64,000 nt of DNA from a phage. The notes under the pieces were generated by a model. It was given only the letters and a program-made list of their open reading frames with translations. It had not been told where the DNA came from and made no database searches. The stretch is taken from the sequence record PZ809289.1, one strand, 5' to 3'. This document shows positions 16,380-25,616 of the stretch, piece after piece; positions within the stretch are counted from its first letter, which is position 1, and every line of letters starts with the position of its first letter. A program made the translations under genes and the position numbers.

Positions 16380-16919
16380 ATGAAAAAAGTATTAGCCACT
16401 TTACTATTGACAGTTAGTATGTCTGCCTATAGCGTAGAGCCTACTTTCAACAGTGAGCAACTCGACAATTTGCATTATGCATATGCTTTCGGTGAACAAT
16501 ACCAAAAGTCGGGAAAGTTCAAAGAAACCCCTAATCAAAAAGGATTAGGATATATTATGGCCGGATTACTATGGCAGGAATCATCCGCCGGAATTAATCA
16601 AGGTTTAAATAAAGATAAGCACCATGCTTATGGCATGTTCCAAAATTACTTGCCTACGTTAAGAAGTCGTGTTCAACAGGTAGGTTGGAAGATGTCTGAC
16701 AAAGAAATAATTCGTATGGTCCAAAAACGACAGAACAGTGCCTCTTGGGCCTACATTGAGCTGTCTTATTGGATTGATGTTCACAAAGGTGACCTGAGAA
16801 AAGCGATTGCTTCTTATAATGCGGGCTGGAACGTCAAAGCAGGCAGTAAATATGCTTCTGAAGTTCTAGAAAAGGCCAATTATCTAAAATCTAAAAAGAT
16901 GTTTGAGGCGGTGTATTAA
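16380..16919 (+). CDS. secreted lytic transglycosylase-like protein (T4 vs.1 position)
   Basis: Signal peptide; SLT-type motifs E-S (LWQESSAG), GMFQ, YNAGW. Confidence 0.6.
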   Translation: MKKVLATLLLTVSMSAYSVEPTFNSEQLDNLHYAYAFGEQYQKSGKFKETPNQKGLGYIMAGLLWQESSAGINQGLNKDKHHAYGMFQNYLPTLRSRVQQVGWKMSDKEIIRMVQKRQNSASWAYIELSYWIDVHKGDLRKAIASYNAGWNVKAGSKYASEVLEKANYLKSKKMFEAVY

Positions 16920-17276
16920 ATGATTAAGCAGATGACTATAGCGCTTATGTTGATTGCTCCGGGAGTATTAGCGTCACAAGTTGGTGATAGTAATAATTCA
17001 ATTGTCGAGTATGCTACCCGTACAGCAAAAGATTATTGTCATCCGAGCAATACTGAATGCATTATCGAATTCAGTTCAAAAATCACAGCTGCTTTTAAAG
17101 ATGGCCAGAACGACGTAGAGCATCGCCGAATGAAAGAGAAAACTCTTTCTAAAAGATACGAGCAACGTCTAAACGTTACTGAATGTATTCCATCTGATAA
17201 AAAGTACAAAGAAATGTGCGCGTCTATGGTAGACAGACTCGTTGACTCATACAACCGAGGATTAAACTCTAAATGA
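16920..17276 (+). CDS. secreted/periplasmic protein (T4 vs position)
   Basis: N-terminal signal peptide, Cys-containing mature part. Confidence 0.45.
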   Translation: MIKQMTIALMLIAPGVLASQVGDSNNSIVEYATRTAKDYCHPSNTECIIEFSSKITAAFKDGQNDVEHRRMKEKTLSKRYEQRLNVTECIPSDKKYKEMCASMVDRLVDSYNRGLNSK

Positions 17277-17740
17277 TTATTGATTATATTAAGGGCGATA
17301 TCGTCGCCCTGTTTCTTCAAGGTAATAATGTTGCACACGGGTGCAACTGTTTCCACACAATGGGTTCAGGTGTAGCTGGGCAATTGGCTAAGGCTTATCC
17401 GCCTATTCTCGCTATCGATAAAACTACTTATTTAGGCAATTTGGCAAAACTTGGCACGTTTACTCAAGCTACAGGTAATAATGGCCAAATTTGCTATAAT
17501 TTATATACCCAATACGAACCAGGCCCTAATCTTGATTATGGTGCTTTAGTAAACTGTATGATAGAATTAAATCAACAAGCAAAAGGTCTTTTGTTTAAAC
17601 CAAGAATTTATATCCCTCGCATTGGTTGTGGTATTGCTGGTGGTGATTGGGACAAGGTTTATCAATTGATTAATTTGTTTACTCCTGATATTAATTTAGT
17701 GGTGGTAGATTATGAAAGCCCATTACCCGCATCCGTTTGA
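17273..17740 (+). CDS. macro-domain protein (putative ADP-ribose binding/hydrolase)
   Basis: VAHGCNC...GSGVAGQLA and GCGIAGG resemble macro-domain NAAN...GGGVAGAI and G-x-G motifs; ATGA overlap. Confidence 0.55.
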   Translation: MIIDYIKGDIVALFLQGNNVAHGCNCFHTMGSGVAGQLAKAYPPILAIDKTTYLGNLAKLGTFTQATGNNGQICYNLYTQYEPGPNLDYGALVNCMIELNQQAKGLLFKPRIYIPRIGCGIAGGDWDKVYQLINLFTPDINLVVVDYESPLPASV

Positions 17741-17924
17741 CCCTAAAAACAAAGCGGAAATTATTCGACGCTGGACCGAAACACGAGTAACTAAATGCCC
17801 TATAAAAAGTCAACACAACACCGATAAATGGTATATTGGTGAATATGTTGAATATACTTTTATAGATAAAAATAAACGTAAACAGCATGTAGAAGAATAT
17901 TGCTTAAAGGTGCAATGGTTATGA
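17712..17924 (+). CDS. hypothetical protein
   Basis: SD GGTGG; 70 aa. Confidence 0.4.
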   Translation: MKAHYPHPFDPKNKAEIIRRWTETRVTKCPIKSQHNTDKWYIGEYVEYTFIDKNKRKQHVEEYCLKVQWL

Positions 17925-18106
17925 GTCTGAGTAAAGAACAGAAAGATAAATTGTTTGAGCTTATCCATGAACTTCTAGATGAGCATGCAGAAGCAAATTC
18001 TTTTTATGATGAATATGGCCCGCTATCTCCCGAACATCAGGAAGAATTTGTCAATCGATTTGATGAGAAAGAAAACGAATTAATAGCTTATGTGAATACG
18101 CTTTAA
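17921..18106 (+). CDS. small acidic protein
   Basis: ATGA overlap at 17921; 61 aa. Confidence 0.4.
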   Translation: MSLSKEQKDKLFELIHELLDEHAEANSFYDEYGPLSPEHQEEFVNRFDEKENELIAYVNTL

Positions 18107-18115
18107 GAAGGTAAT

Positions 18116-18853
18116 ATGGCAAAGGAATTCCATTATAATTACTTGACTGTAATAAAAACCCATAAGGCAAATTATTACTATGTAGGTAAACACTCCACTG
18201 ATAATCTTTCAGACGGGTATTATGGAAGTGGTACGGTAGTTAAAAATATTTGTAAAAAGCATCCTTATAAAACTCGTATATTAGAATTCTTCGAATCTGA
18301 AGAAGAGGCGTATGCCGCCGAAATTCCTTTAGTTGAAAAGGCTAAATTAAAATATGGTAAGCATTCTTTAAATTTTGCTGATGGCGGAAGAGGTAAAAAG
18401 AAAGGAACCAAATTATCTAATTTAACTAAACAGAAAATGTCTAGGTCTAGAAAAGGAGTTAAATGGAGCAAAGCCAGAATAGAAGCTTCTAAATTCACCA
18501 CTTCTAATAAAGGTTTAAACCATTATTCCAATAGAATAGGATTTAGTGATGAGCATAAAGCTAAAATAGGATTAGCCTCTAAAAAATTAAAAGGATTTAA
18601 ACATAGCGCTGAAACCATAGAAAATATGAGTAACGCCAAAAAGGGCAAAAAGAATCCCATGTACGGTAAAAAGGGCGCTATGGCAGGAAAACCTTCTCCT
18701 ATAAGAAACGAATCTTGGAAATTTTACGATGAATTAAAACTCTTATGGGAAGAATCCAATAAGCCTTCAGCATATATGTTTAAAAAGATAGCTATAAGCA
18801 AAGGTTATCCTAATTGCTCTTATAGAGGAGTTGTATTTAAATGGCAAGCTTGA
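18116..18853 (+). CDS. GIY-YIG family homing endonuclease
   Basis: N-terminal YNYLTVIKTHKANYYYVGKHST, C-terminal repeated basic K/G-rich DNA-binding modules; overlaps start of tk. Confidence 0.7.
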   Translation: MAKEFHYNYLTVIKTHKANYYYVGKHSTDNLSDGYYGSGTVVKNICKKHPYKTRILEFFESEEEAYAAEIPLVEKAKLKYGKHSLNFADGGRGKKKGTKLSNLTKQKMSRSRKGVKWSKARIEASKFTTSNKGLNHYSNRIGFSDEHKAKIGLASKKLKGFKHSAETIENMSNAKKGKKNPMYGKKGAMAGKPSPIRNESWKFYDELKLLWEESNKPSAYMFKKIAISKGYPNCSYRGVVFKWQA

Positions 18854-19413
18854 TGTTTCACTATGCGGCGATGAATTCCGGGAAAACCGCTTCATTGCTA
18901 ACGGCAGCTCATAACTACAAAGAACGTGGTATGGGCGTACTCCTTTTAAAGCCTGCGATAGACAATAGAGAATCAAGCCATAGCATTTCGTCTCGTATAG
19001 GGATTAGTCAAGAGGCTAATGCCGTGACTCCGGATATGGACCTATACGAGTTCTATCGTTGGGCTGAATCTCAAAAAGATATCCACTGTGTATTTGTGGA
19101 TGAAGCACAGTTCTTAGAACCTGCACAGATAAAACAACTGGCAAAGATAGTAGACAATTATAATGTTCCGGTTATGTGCTATGGACTAAGAACTGATTTT
19201 CAGGGTAAACTGTTTCCTGGCTCTGCTGAATTACTCGCTACAGCAGATAAACTCGTTGAGTACAAAGGTGTGTGCCATTGCGGCCGTAAAGCTACTATGA
19301 CGGCTCGTATCCAGGATGGTATCGCAATTAAGGACGGCGCCCAAGTTTCTATAGGTGGCAACGATTCTTACGTGTCATTGTGCAGGAAGCACTGGATAGA
19401 AATAACGAGTTGA
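18841..19413 (+). CDS. tk: thymidine kinase
   Basis: MASLMFHYAAMNSGKTASLL P-loop, VFVDEAQFL, CHCGRKA zinc motif; colinear with T4 Tk. Confidence 0.95.
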   Translation: MASLMFHYAAMNSGKTASLLTAAHNYKERGMGVLLLKPAIDNRESSHSISSRIGISQEANAVTPDMDLYEFYRWAESQKDIHCVFVDEAQFLEPAQIKQLAKIVDNYNVPVMCYGLRTDFQGKLFPGSAELLATADKLVEYKGVCHCGRKATMTARIQDGIAIKDGAQVSIGGNDSYVSLCRKHWIEITS

Positions 19414-19420
19414 GGGTATT

Positions 19421-19699
19421 ATGGACCTAAATTCAAAGATTTTAATTCTAGCGTTCGCTGTGGCCATTTCTTATATTGTTCTTTCGCCTATCATGGATGA
19501 TGTGGCTTACAAAAGAGAGATAGAGGTTGTAGCAGCGACGTATAATGCTAATAATAAAGAGTGTCCTAATAAAAATGGGATGGATTTAATTAAAGCGCAT
19601 TATATGCTTTCCATTACCTCGCCTATACAGAGGAATTGGGTTGAATATAATTTTAACGACGTGTTCTATTCTTATTGTCGTAAGCTTAAAAAGCTATAA
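19421..19699 (+). CDS. small membrane protein (T4 rI.1 position)
   Basis: N-terminal transmembrane segment; SD GAGGG. Confidence 0.45.
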   Translation: MDLNSKILILAFAVAISYIVLSPIMDDVAYKREIEVVAATYNANNKECPNKNGMDLIKAHYMLSITSPIQRNWVEYNFNDVFYSYCRKLKKL

Positions 19700-19702
19700 A
19701 TA
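19695..19702 (+). promoter_or_regulatory. late promoter TATAAATA
   Basis: Exact TATAAATA in intergenic region upstream of rI-like gene. Confidence 0.4.
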
Positions 19703-19791
19703 ATAATACTAACCGTAGAGCTTTAGCTTTTGGTAATCGCTATCGGTTAAGGCCGAAAGGCAAATAGTATAAAACAACAAAGGACTTTTGT

Positions 19792-20085
19792 ATGGATATT
19801 TTCCGTACAGCGGCTTGTATCCTTATGGCGGGATGTTTAAGCCCTACAGTTTCACTAGCAAATAATACCAATGATAAATTGATGGATGCATTTGCTAGTA
19901 GTGCGATGCCTGTTTATGCGCAAATGAGTAGACCCAGCGTAAAGGCCTCCGAAGACTATTGGGCCTATGTTACGGCTTCCTGGAAGATTTCAAGTTGTCG
20001 GACTATAGAAGCGTGCTCAATTGAAGGTCGGGCCATCGGAGAGCGTTATGTAAAACTAATGAAGGTGGAAGATGAAGTTCAATGA
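19792..20085 (+). CDS. rI: RI-like lysis-inhibition antiholin
   Basis: 97 aa, N-terminal signal-anchor, Cys-containing periplasmic domain; adjacent to tk as in T4. Confidence 0.55.
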   Translation: MDIFRTAACILMAGCLSPTVSLANNTNDKLMDAFASSAMPVYAQMSRPSVKASEDYWAYVTASWKISSCRTIEACSIEGRAIGERYVKLMKVEDEVQ

Positions 20086-20455
20086 TTTCGTACCCGGTCG
20101 AGGGTCTGAAGTGGATTCTTATATTGGTTGGCTACTGGTTTCTTTAGCCTATTTTAAGTCAGCCCATTTAGAAACCAAAAGCTATGCAAGACACAAAGCG
20201 TATGACTTCTATTATGTAGAAGTTCAAGGACCGCTGGACCAATTTAGTGAGCAATATCTTGGGTTCAGTGGCAAAGAATATAAAGCATCATTACCGTCTG
20301 CTTCAGACTTGCCTAAGGACCCGGTAGATTTTCTTGACGAGCTTCTTAAAGCATCTGATAAAATCTATGACACCCTTCCTAAGGCCATCCAGTCGACTTT
20401 GGACGATATCACTGGCGTCTTTTACCAGACTAAGTATTTGCTGACGTTAGAATAA
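20072..20455 (+). CDS. hypothetical protein (T4 rI.-1 position)
   Basis: 127 aa ORF overlapping rI stop. Confidence 0.45.
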   Translation: MKFNDFVPGRGSEVDSYIGWLLVSLAYFKSAHLETKSYARHKAYDFYYVEVQGPLDQFSEQYLGFSGKEYKASLPSASDLPKDPVDFLDELLKASDKIYDTLPKAIQSTLDDITGVFYQTKYLLTLE

Positions 20456-20460
20456 TCAAA

Positions 20461-20487
20461 GGTCTCACTTCGGTGGGACCTTTTTTC
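20461..20487 (+). terminator. intrinsic terminator
   Basis: GGTCTCAC-TTCG-GTGGGACC followed by TTTTTT. Confidence 0.65.
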
Positions 20488-20495
20488 GTTTAGGT

Positions 20496-20524
20496 GTTTA
20501 CATCCTCTAGGAACATGATACTAT
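20496..20524 (+). promoter_or_regulatory. early promoter cassette
   Basis: GTTTAC 20496-20501, TACTAT 20519-20524, AGACCTATCAA. Confidence 0.6.
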
Positions 20525-20552
20525 AGACCTATCAACTAATGAGGAGAACAGT

Positions 20553-20789
20553 ATGAAACTTACAAGTACTACGGTTTCATTAGAATATGAAATCAACGGT
20601 CGTATCCTTGAGATTAAGATATTCGACGACCGAAGTATCTTCGCTGATTATCGAGGATACAGAATTCGTCTAGAAAAGGACGAGCTCAAGGAACCGTGGC
20701 TCCTTAAAGACACATTAAAGGGTTGTGGATGTAAACTGAATACTACTCAAGCCCAAGAATTAATTTCTACTATCAACAAATACTGGTGA
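20553..20789 (+). CDS. hypothetical protein
   Basis: SD GAGGAG; 78 aa. Confidence 0.5.
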   Translation: MKLTSTTVSLEYEINGRILEIKIFDDRSIFADYRGYRIRLEKDELKEPWLLKDTLKGCGCKLNTTQAQELISTINKYW

Positions 20790-20793
20790 TATT

Positions 20794-20976
20794 ATGTTAA
20801 CTACTGAACAGATTGAACAAATCCTTAAACTAGCTACTGCTATTGAACGTGATTCTTATGATAGTGCAGTAGAACATTGCGAAGGCTATTCATATTCCGC
20901 AATAGAGCAGTGTAAACGAGATTTGGATAACTCTAAAGCGGCATTGGTTGAGTATCTTAATGAGTTGAAAGCATAA
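20794..20976 (+). CDS. hypothetical protein
   Basis: 60 aa ORF 4 nt after preceding stop. Confidence 0.4.
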   Translation: MLTTEQIEQILKLATAIERDSYDSAVEHCEGYSYSAIEQCKRDLDNSKAALVEYLNELKA

Positions 20977-20995
20977 TGGCTGATGGCACAGGAAC

Positions 20996-21097
20996 ATGAA
21001 GATGATTTATTACTTAGAACCCTGGGCTTGGTCAACAATGATTATAGGCCCTATTTTAATCGGTTTATTCTTTTCATGGTTAGTGAGGAAATTGTAA
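20996..21097 (+). CDS. small hydrophobic peptide (33 aa)
   Basis: Not in ORF track (under 60 aa); fills gap, single transmembrane helix, stop abuts next start. Confidence 0.3.
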   Translation: MKMIYYLEPWAWSTMIIGPILIGLFFSWLVRKL

Positions 21098-21295
21098 ATG
21101 TTATACGATCCAAATGGTTGTTCTGAAGATGGTGTGATTGCCCTTTTAGCAGATGTTGAAGAATCTGACGATGACGTCTTTGTTAAAGATTGGGAAGAAA
21201 AAGGTGGAATCACGCTCCAACAAGAAAATGATATGATTTGTCTGAATGCAGACCAAGTCGAAGAGCTTTATAGTATTTTAAAACATAACCGTTGA
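21098..21295 (+). CDS. small acidic protein
   Basis: SD GAGGAAA; 65 aa. Confidence 0.45.
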   Translation: MLYDPNGCSEDGVIALLADVEESDDDVFVKDWEEKGGITLQQENDMICLNADQVEELYSILKHNR

Positions 21296-21305
21296 GGAAT
21301 AGAAA

Positions 21306-21866
21306 ATGATTATTGAAACAACTGAATTGTTTGGCGAACTGTCCGCTGAAGTAGTTAATAACGCAATTGAGCTTTCACAAGAAGACGATAAAATCGTACT
21401 GACTATCGCTGATATTAAACCGCTTTATGATTTAATGGTTTTAGATAGACACGATTATCTTAACGGTCGGGCTAGTGCTCCTATCGATATCAATGATGAT
21501 ATGTTTGCCTATATCTATAAAAATGAAACCGGGTTTAATCTGGAAAATGGTATTGAATGTCTGAGCATCAGCGATTCTGATAAATTCTTTGATTGTATTT
21601 TCAAACTGTTCCAGGAAGAATGCAAGCCGGAAGTTGAATGGAAAGTCCCTGGCCAAGATGCCGTGATTCGTTCTAGTGAAACCTTTGAAGGTGATGAAGA
21701 AGAACTGAATTATGATACTGAATTAACCGTGTATCAACATCAGGGCCGTGATTTGTTATCCTTGACCCAAAGACACGATGGTGAAAGTGAAGTGGTATTT
21801 ACTAAAGACGAACTAAAAGTTTTAGTCTCTTATCTGAACTCTGTTATCCCAACTATGAACTCTTAA
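21306..21866 (+). CDS. acidic hypothetical protein
   Basis: 186 aa ORF with upstream GAGGAA. Confidence 0.5.
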   Translation: MIIETTELFGELSAEVVNNAIELSQEDDKIVLTIADIKPLYDLMVLDRHDYLNGRASAPIDINDDMFAYIYKNETGFNLENGIECLSISDSDKFFDCIFKLFQEECKPEVEWKVPGQDAVIRSSETFEGDEEELNYDTELTVYQHQGRDLLSLTQRHDGESEVVFTKDELKVLVSYLNSVIPTMNS

Positions 21867-21876
21867 GGAAAATATT

Positions 21877-22329
21877 ATGATTATCAATGCAAACTCTTGG
21901 CACGCTAAACTTCATGACCGTTTTTATGACAGTCATTCTCGACCGCACTCTTTATGTGCTTACTTCTGGAAAATGGTTTGGGCTTGTTTTGCTTGTGCTG
22001 TTGTTGCAGGTAGTACGCTTTTTGGATTAACTGTTGCAGGTGTTGGTGTATTAGAGCATTTCTTTGTATTAAGTACCCCTGTTCTGTTGAGTCTAGGGTT
22101 TGTTTTAGGATTGGTTGCAATAGCTCTTATTATTGCGCTATCCATTGGTTTGGCATTAGGTGTGATGAATTTACACGCATGGTATGATGCACGTAGAGAA
22201 GAAAAGGAATGGCAACGTATTCAAGCTGAGCGTGAAGGCCGAGAAACTAAAGAAAATATCGTTATTCAATACATTAAAGCTCGTAAATCTAAGGTCTGTC
22301 CGGTAATCCACTTCGAGGACAAAGAATGA
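21877..22329 (+). CDS. membrane protein
   Basis: Several hydrophobic helices; SD AAGGAAA. Confidence 0.5.
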   Translation: MIINANSWHAKLHDRFYDSHSRPHSLCAYFWKMVWACFACAVVAGSTLFGLTVAGVGVLEHFFVLSTPVLLSLGFVLGLVAIALIIALSIGLALGVMNLHAWYDARREEKEWQRIQAEREGRETKENIVIQYIKARKSKVCPVIHFEDKE

Positions 22330-23336
22330 GAACAGTTATGAAAGGCTACTTCGGTAGCCACCTTTATGGAACAAGTACTCCGGAATCTGACGTCGATTTT
22401 AAAGAAATCTTTGTTCCACATCCGCGTGATATTCTGTTAGGTACGGCTATGAACCATACCAACCTGAATACGAATAACACTGCTTCCAAAAACACTAAAG
22501 ATGATGTTGACCATGAGCTTTACAGCCTGAAATATTTCTTTAAACTAGCGGCTGAAGGCGAAACCGTTGCTCTGGACATGATTCATACTCCACCTGAACT
22601 GGTGGTTAAATCTGATTTACCTGATGTATGGAAATTTATCCAAGACAATCGTTCTCGGTTCTATACGACTAACATGAAAGCCTATTTAGGGTACGTCCGT
22701 AAGCAAGCTTCTAAATATGGTGTTAAGGGTTCTCGACTAGCTGCACTGCGTGGTGTACTGGCTATTGTTAACCAGATTCCTGAACAGTGGGTCGATTATC
22801 AAGAAGATGGTTCGACTAAACAACGTCGTACTAAGGTAGAAGATATTAAACATCGACTCCCTGAAAATGAGTTCTGTGAATGGGTATTCCATAACCATGA
22901 GAAAACAGGCCCTCAAACGTTCTATACTGTTCTAGGACGTAAGTACCAAACTACTTTGTCTTTAATCGAGCTCAAGCAATCTCTGAATAAGCTTGATGCT
23001 GAATATGGCGAACGTGCTCGTAAGGCTGAAGCTAATGAAGGTATTGACTGGAAAGCTCTGAGCCATGCTTATCGGGCTGGATATCAATTGTTGGAAATCT
23101 ACCAAACAGGCGACCTGGTATTCCCATTGCGCGAAGCCTCTATCATTAAGCTGATTAAGGCCGGTGAACTTCCATTTAAAGAGGTCCAAGAACTTCTTGA
23201 AGACACTGTTGATTTAGTCGAAGTACTGGCTATCCAGGCTCATAAGAACGGTATGCCTGCTAAGGTAGATATGAAGTTCTGGGACAAGTTTGTTGAAGAG
23301 GTATACCTTGACAACCACAACTCTTATTATCGATAA
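22326..23336 (+). CDS. Pol-beta-superfamily nucleotidyltransferase (cGAS/OAS/PAP-like motif)
   Basis: N-terminal GSHLYGTSTPESDVDF = G-S-x3-G-T-x4-S-D-h-D-h, later DDVDHE; 336 aa; ATGA overlap. Confidence 0.6.
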   Translation: MRTVMKGYFGSHLYGTSTPESDVDFKEIFVPHPRDILLGTAMNHTNLNTNNTASKNTKDDVDHELYSLKYFFKLAAEGETVALDMIHTPPELVVKSDLPDVWKFIQDNRSRFYTTNMKAYLGYVRKQASKYGVKGSRLAALRGVLAIVNQIPEQWVDYQEDGSTKQRRTKVEDIKHRLPENEFCEWVFHNHEKTGPQTFYTVLGRKYQTTLSLIELKQSLNKLDAEYGERARKAEANEGIDWKALSHAYRAGYQLLEIYQTGDLVFPLREASIIKLIKAGELPFKEVQELLEDTVDLVEVLAIQAHKNGMPAKVDMKFWDKFVEEVYLDNHNSYYR

Positions 23337-23343
23337 CGAAGAA

Positions 23344-23532
23344 ATGAAGGTCTTTTTATCATATGGAAGACCCCATAAAACCCGACGTTGGTATCTTGAA
23401 GCTGTCTGTAAAGAAACCGGACGTCGAGTCAATATCAAGTACGTGTGCAAACCTACGCCTAAACAGACAAGACAATTTGTTAACTGGGCTATAAATGATA
23501 TACGCTTCCATAATTTTTGGAGCGCAATTTAG
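23344..23532 (+). CDS. small basic protein
   Basis: ATG 23344 after GAAGAAATG; 62 aa; followed by terminator. Confidence 0.4.
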   Translation: MKVFLSYGRPHKTRRWYLEAVCKETGRRVNIKYVCKPTPKQTRQFVNWAINDIRFHNFWSAI

Positions 23533-23554
23533 GAACCTTCGGGTTCCTTTTTTG
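23531..23554 (+). terminator. intrinsic terminator
   Basis: AGGAACC-TTCG-GGTTCCT followed by T-run; identical hairpin recurs at 58538. Confidence 0.65.
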
Positions 23555-23573
23555 GGTTTAGTGCAAAAAAAGA

Positions 23574-23602
23574 GTTTACACCTTCGTAGAGCATGTTATT
23601 AT
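23574..23602 (+). promoter_or_regulatory. early promoter cassette
   Basis: GTTTAC 23574-23579, TATTAT 23597-23602. Confidence 0.55.
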
Positions 23603-23639
23603 GGACCTATCAAATCTACTGAGTGAAATGGAGAATATA

Positions 23640-24620
23640 ATGTTAACTATCAAAATCAACAAAGGTATCTATCGCGGTAATGTAATCTCCGGTACGTTCA
23701 TGAGTTCAGGTAAAACCTGGTTCCCTAATAAAATTCATGAATCCGAAGCTCACCTCGGTGATGGTAAGGTATTTGTACAGATTGATGGTGTTGAACGTGG
23801 TGTATGGGTGTTCAAATGTGACGTTGAAATGGAAGGTGCTGAAGCTCCTGCAGTTGTTACTGAATCCGCTGAAGAAATGAAACATCGCATTAACAAACGT
23901 TTTAAAGTAATGAACATGATGACTAGTGGAATCATCGATGGTAAAATTCGTTCCCTTATCATCTCTGGTGCCGCAGGTATTGGTAAAACATATTCTTTGG
24001 ATAAAGCATTACAGAATGCCCACGAAAATGAAACTATCGAATATAAATCAATCAACGGAAAGATTAGTGGAATCGGTCTTTACGAGCAGCTTTGGAATAA
24101 CCGCGGCCCTAATAGTGTTCTTCTTATTGATGATGTTGATGTATTCTCTGATATGGATATCCTGAACCTGTTAAAAGCAGCATTGGATACTGGTGAAAAA
24201 CGTAAGGTGTGCTGGAGCACTTCAAGTTCTTATCTTGATGATAAAAATATCGATAAAGAATTTGAGTATGAAGGCACCATCGTGTTCATCACCAACGTTG
24301 ATATTGACCGTGAATTAGAGCGTGGAACTAAACTTGCTCCACACCTCCAGGCTTTAGTATCTCGTTCAGTTTACTTAGACCTCGGAGTTCACTCTAACGA
24401 AGAGATTATGGTTCGTGTTGAAGACGTTATCCTGTCCACTGATATGATGCAAAACCGTGGTCTGACTGATGCCGAGACTTACCAAGCTTTAGCATGGATG
24501 AAGGCTAATGTATCTCGTCTTCGTAACGTATCATTACGTACAGCTCTTTATCTGGCGGACTTCATTGCCACCGATAAAAATGACTGGAGCGAAATCGCTG
24601 AAGTTACACTTCTGAAATAA
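23640..24620 (+). CDS. AAA+-type ATPase
   Basis: Walker A SGAAGIGKTY, Walker B VLLIDDVDVF, sensor-1-like FITNVD; ATG 23640 after GGAGAA. Confidence 0.65.
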   Translation: MLTIKINKGIYRGNVISGTFMSSGKTWFPNKIHESEAHLGDGKVFVQIDGVERGVWVFKCDVEMEGAEAPAVVTESAEEMKHRINKRFKVMNMMTSGIIDGKIRSLIISGAAGIGKTYSLDKALQNAHENETIEYKSINGKISGIGLYEQLWNNRGPNSVLLIDDVDVFSDMDILNLLKAALDTGEKRKVCWSTSSSYLDDKNIDKEFEYEGTIVFITNVDIDRELERGTKLAPHLQALVSRSVYLDLGVHSNEEIMVRVEDVILSTDMMQNRGLTDAETYQALAWMKANVSRLRNVSLRTALYLADFIATDKNDWSEIAEVTLLK

Positions 24621-24629
24621 GGGTGAATT

Positions 24630-24971
24630 ATGTTTGAACAATTTAGTTATGACCTTATAAAAGCAGAGTTGAAGTACTCTAATGCCGTGAAACAGTCCGT
24701 CGAGGACTATGATAAAGAACTTATCGATGGATATACTAATAGAGTTTATAAAACTGATTGTGAAGAAGGAGACTACAAGAGACTGCTCTTGGCCGCGAAG
24801 ACCCAGGCCTTAATAAATCTAGACCGCAAGCAGGTAAAGTTGGCAGGCGACTTCCGAGATGAACTCTGCGCCATCAGGAATGAATATCGCATTCGTATTG
24901 AACACCAACGGAAAGAGAACACCCAATCCGCCTGGTTTAGTGGTCAAGCCGGTGAAAAAAGTTTCTATTAG
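24630..24971 (+). CDS. hypothetical protein
   Basis: SD AAGGGTGA; 113 aa. Confidence 0.5.
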   Translation: MFEQFSYDLIKAELKYSNAVKQSVEDYDKELIDGYTNRVYKTDCEEGDYKRLLLAAKTQALINLDRKQVKLAGDFRDELCAIRNEYRIRIEHQRKENTQSAWFSGQAGEKSFY

Positions 24972-24973
24972 TT

Positions 24974-25002
24974 GTTTACATCTCCAGTAGAAATGATACT
25001 AT
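24974..25002 (+). promoter_or_regulatory. early promoter cassette with flanking inverted repeat
   Basis: GTTTAC 24974-24979, TACTAT 24997-25002, arms ATCTCCAGTAG / CTACTGGAGG. Confidence 0.6.
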
Positions 25003-25028
25003 AGACCTATCAACTACTGGAGGTTAAC

Positions 25029-25553
25029 ATGAACGCTAAAGATATTTTTTCACTCATCAATTATAACAATGGTAATTTCAAATCCGAAAAACAAAGCAAG
25101 TTCTTTAACGACGTTGCTTGTGGTAATGAGATTACTGTATCTGGAGGAGAGATTTACAAAAGCCGTTGGAACTGGATTGTTGTCATCGATTCAGTTGGTA
25201 TTGTAGAGCTCTATAAAAACACTAACAAAAAACGTACTCTTCACTGGAGTCGTGAAACCAATCAAGCTTATCAAGCTGAACGTAACAAACGTTTAATGCC
25301 TACCGAATCTGACCTGGCAAACGTTAAATCTGATATCGCTTATTTCGATAATCTGATTGCTGAACAACAAGCAGTTATTGATAAGTTTGACGAAATCAAA
25401 GCTTGTAAAGAGATTCCTGAATTTATGCGGGAATCAGTAAACGAACAGTACGCCCTCACTTCAGGTCGTATCGAGCAGTACAAATCACAACGAGCTGAAC
25501 GCCAAGCTCTGCTTCATAAATTTGAAGAGCGTTTAAAGACGGTTCTCGCATAA
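25029..25553 (+). CDS. hypothetical protein with C-terminal coiled coil
   Basis: 174 aa ORF; SD GGAGG. Confidence 0.5.
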   Translation: MNAKDIFSLINYNNGNFKSEKQSKFFNDVACGNEITVSGGEIYKSRWNWIVVIDSVGIVELYKNTNKKRTLHWSRETNQAYQAERNKRLMPTESDLANVKSDIAYFDNLIAEQQAVIDKFDEIKACKEIPEFMRESVNEQYALTSGRIEQYKSQRAERQALLHKFEERLKTVLA

Positions 25554-25616
25554 ACGCTTTATACCAAGGATGGTATAATGGTTCTAGGTTCTTAATTACT
25601 TACTGAGGAAATTATT

